Of a stretch of DNA of 64,000 nucleotides, positions 60,401 through 64,000 are shown piece by piece (position 1 is the stretch's first letter; each line of letters starts with the position of its first letter). Both the position numbers and the translations under genes were made by a program. This DNA is from Auanema rhodensis (Eukaryota > Animalia > Nematoda), in the NCBI GenBank assembly GCA_964057225.1, contig OZ059896.1, positions 18,662,001 through 18,726,000 on the forward strand, given 5' to 3'. Below the pieces are notes generated by a model. The model saw only the letters and a list, made by a program, of their open reading frames with translations, was not told where the DNA came from and did not search any database.

Positions 60401-63400
60401 ATTGTCTAATTAGAATGCGATTTACATGGCCTTGTGGTCTAATGGATAAGGCGTCGGACTTCGGATCCGAATGTTGTAGGTTCGAGTCCTGCCAGGGTTG
60501 TTATTTTTTGTTTCAAAAAAATCATTACCTGATAGTTTACATGTTTTATGCTGTATTATCTCATACAATTGAAAAAAATACTAGCAGTAAAACAAATGCA
60601 GTGATGATATTCTCGAGAATGTTCCTATTCAGAGTGAGAAAATATCAAAAATTTCAAGACGGTTTTCTCATAAGGTACTAAAATAAAAGTATTATTTCAT
60701 ATTATTATTTTTTCAGACCTAGAATCGATAAAAAAAATCAACTACATTTTAGTGAGTTACTAGGTTGGGTTATACAAATTGTCTAATTTGAATGCGATTT
60801 AAATGGCCTTGTGGCCTAATGGATAAGGCGTCGGACTTCGGATCCGAAGATTGTAGGTTCGAGTCCTGCCAGGGTCGTTATTTTTTGTTTCAAAACAATC
60901 ATTACCTGATAGTTTACATGTTTTATTCTATATTATCTCATACAATTGAAAAAAATACTAGCAGTAAAACAAATGCAGTGTTAATATTCTCGAGAATGTT
61001 CCTATTCAGAGTGAGAAAATATCGAAAATTTCCCGAAGCTTTTCTCATAAGGTACTAAAATAAAAGTATTATTTCATATTATTATTTTTTCAGACCTAGA
61101 ATCGATAAAAAAAATTAACTACATTTTAGTGAGTTACTGGGTTGGGTTATACAAATTGTCTAATTAGAATGCGATTTACATGGCCTTGTGGCCTAATGGA
61201 TAAGGCGTCGGACTTCGGATCCGAAGATTTTAGGTTCGAGTCCTGTCAGGGTCGTTATTTTTTGTTTTAAAAAAATCATTACCTGATAGTTTACATTTTT
61301 TATTCTGTATTATCTCATACAATTGAAAAAAATACTAGCAGTAAAACAAATGCAGTGATAATATTCTCGAAAATGTTCCTATTCAGAGTGAGAAAGTATC
61401 AAAAATTGCCCGAAGGTTTTCTCATAAGGTACTAAAAGAAAAGTATTATTTCATATTATTATTTTTTCAGACCTAGAATCGATAAAAAAAAATCAACTAC
61501 ATTTTAGTGAGTTACTAGGTTGGGTTATACAAATTGCCTAATTTGAATGCGATTTAAATGGCCTTGTGGCCTAATGGATAAGGCGTCGGACTTCGGATCC
61601 GAAGATTGTAGGTTCGAGTCCTGCCAGGGTCGTTATTTTTTGTTTCAAAACAATCATTACCTGATAGTTTACATGTTTTATTCTATATTATCTCATACAA
61701 TTGAAAAAAATACTAGCAGTAAAACAAATGCAGTGTTAATATTCTCGAGAATGTTCCTATTCAGAGTGAGAAAATATCGAAAATTTCCCGAAGGTTTTCT
61801 CATAAGGTACTAAAATAAAAGTATTATTTCATATTATTATTTTTTCAGACCTAGAATCGATAAAAAAAATTAACTACATTTTAGTGAGTTACTGGGTTGG
61901 GTTATACAAATTGTCTAATTAGAATGCGATTTACATGGCCTTGTGGTCTAATGGATAAGGCGTCGGATTTCGGATCCGAATGTTGTAGGTTCGAGTCCTG
62001 CCAGGGTTGTTATTTTTTGTTTCAAAAAAATCATTACCTGATAGTTTACATGTTTTATGCTGTATTATCTCATACAATTGAAAAAAATACTAGCAGTAAA
62101 ACAAATGCAGTGATGATATTCTCGAGAATGTTCCTATTCAGAGTGAGAAAATATCAAAAATTTCAAGACGGTTTTCTCATAAGGTACTAAAATAAAAGTA
62201 TTATTTCATATTATTATTTTTTCAGACCTAGAATCGATAAAAAAAATCAACTACATTTTAGTGAGTTACTAGGTTGGGTTATACAAATTGTCTAATTTGA
62301 ATGCGATTTAAATGGCCTTGTGGCCTAATGGATAAGGCGTCGGACTTCGGATCCGAAGATTGTAGGTTCGAGTCCTGCCAGGGTCGTTATTTTTTGTTTC
62401 AAAACAATCATTACCTGATAGTTTACATGTTTTATTCTATATTATCTCATACAATTGAAAAAAATACTAGCAGTAAAACAAATGCAGTGTTAATATTCTC
62501 GAGAATGTTCCTATTCAGAGTGAGAAAATATCGAAAATTTCCCGAAGCTTTTCTCATAAGGTACTAAAATAAAAGTATTATTTCATATTATTATTTTTTC
62601 AGACCTAGAATCGATAAAAAAAATTAACTACATTTTAGTGAGTTACTGGGTTGGGTTATACAAATTGTCTAATTAGAATGCGATTTAGATGGCCTTGTGG
62701 TCTAATGGATAAGGCGTCGGACTTCGGATCCGAAGATTTTAGGTTCGAGTCCTGTCAGGGTCGTTATTTTTTGTTTTAAAAAAATCATTACCTGATAGTT
62801 TACATTTTTTATTCTGTATTATCTCATACAATTGAAAAAAATACTAGCAGTAAAACAAATGCAGTGTTAATATTCTCGAGAATGTTCCTATTCAGAGTGA
62901 GAAAATATCGAAAATTTCCCGAAGGTTTTCTCATAAGGTACTAAAATAAAAGTATTATTTCATATTATTATTTTTTCAGACCTAGAATCGATAAAAAAAA
63001 TTAACTACATTTTAGTGAGTTACTGGGTTGGGTTATACAAATTGTCTAATTAGAATGCGATTTACATGGCCTTGTGGTCTAATGGATAAGGCGTCGGACT
63101 TCGGATCCGAATGTTGTAGGTTCGAGTCCTGCCAGGGTTGTTATTTTTTGTTTCAAAAAAATCATTACCTGATAGTTTACATGTTTTATGCTGTATTATC
63201 TCATACAATTGAAAAAAATACTAGCAGTAAAACAAATGCAGTGATGATATTCTCGAGAATGTTCCTATTCAGAGTGAGAAAATATCAAAAATTTCAAGAC
63301 GGTTTTCTCATAAGGTACTAAAATAAAAGTATTATTTCATATTATTATTTTTTCAGACCTAGAATCGATAAAAAAAATCAACTACATTTTAGTGAGTTAC

Positions 63401-64000
63401 TAGGTTGGGTTATACAAATTGTCTAATTTGAATGCGATTTAAATGGCCTTGTGGCCTAATGGATAAGGCGTCGGACTTCGGATCCGAAGATTGTAGGTTC
63501 GAGTCCTGCCAGGGTCGTTATTTTTTGTTTCAAAACAATCATTACCTGATAGTTTACATGTTTTATTCTATATTATCTCATACAATTGAAAAAAATACTA
63601 GCAGTAAAACAAATGCAGTGTTAATATTCTCGAGAATGTTCCTATTCAGAGTGAGAAAATATCGAAAATTTCCCGAAGCTTTTCTCATAAGGTACTAAAA
63701 TAAAAGTATTATTTCATATTATTATTTTTTCAGACCTAGAATCGATAAAAAAAATTAACTACATTTTAGTGAGTTACTGGGTTGGGTTATACAAATTGTC
63801 TAATTAGAATGCGATTTACATGGCCTTGTGGCCTAATGGATAAGGCGTCGGACTTCGGATCCGAAGATTTTAGGTTCGAGTCCTGTCAGGGTCGTTATTT
63901 TTTGTTTTAAAAAAATCATTACCTGATAGTTTACATTTTTTATTCTGTATTATCTCATACAATTGAAAAAAATACTAGCAGTAAAACAAATGCAGTGATA

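Larger units (their letters stand above)
43751..64000 (+). repeat. Tandem tRNA-Arg(TCG) array, right arm (about 54 copies, open at window edge)
   Basis: Same unit; tRNA starts 43832 ... 63822. Confidence 0.98.

Overview
Eukaryotic, AT-rich window with two components. (1) A head-to-tail tandem array of a ~377-378 bp unit, each carrying one intronless 73-nt tRNA-Arg(TCG) gene with a Pol III T-run terminator. There are roughly 90 copies in 1-33966 and roughly 54 in 43751-64000 (estimated from span/period), arranged in nested higher-order repeats. Several tRNA variants occur, including four copies whose anticodon has changed to TTG (Gln). (2) One complete, very young BEL/Pao (Belpaoviridae) LTR retrotransposon on the minus strand (33967-43750). 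It has a 5-bp TSD (ATCGA), LTRs that by eye differ only by one GA repeat, and a single 2642-aa gag-PR-RT-RH-IN-env ORF ending in a phlebovirus Gc-like glycoprotein, as in nematode BEL elements (host assignment is inference). The main unexplained signals are: a multipartite tRNA-Gly(GCC)-complementary leader (3' end, anticodon arm and D arm); a separate 3' ORF encoding coiled coil + Gag-type triple zinc knuckle + basic tail; a miniaturised Gn-like module with an atypical Gc fusion loop; and the Arg-to-Gln anticodon-switched tRNA copies. The many 60-97 aa ORFs in the array are artefacts of the repeat.
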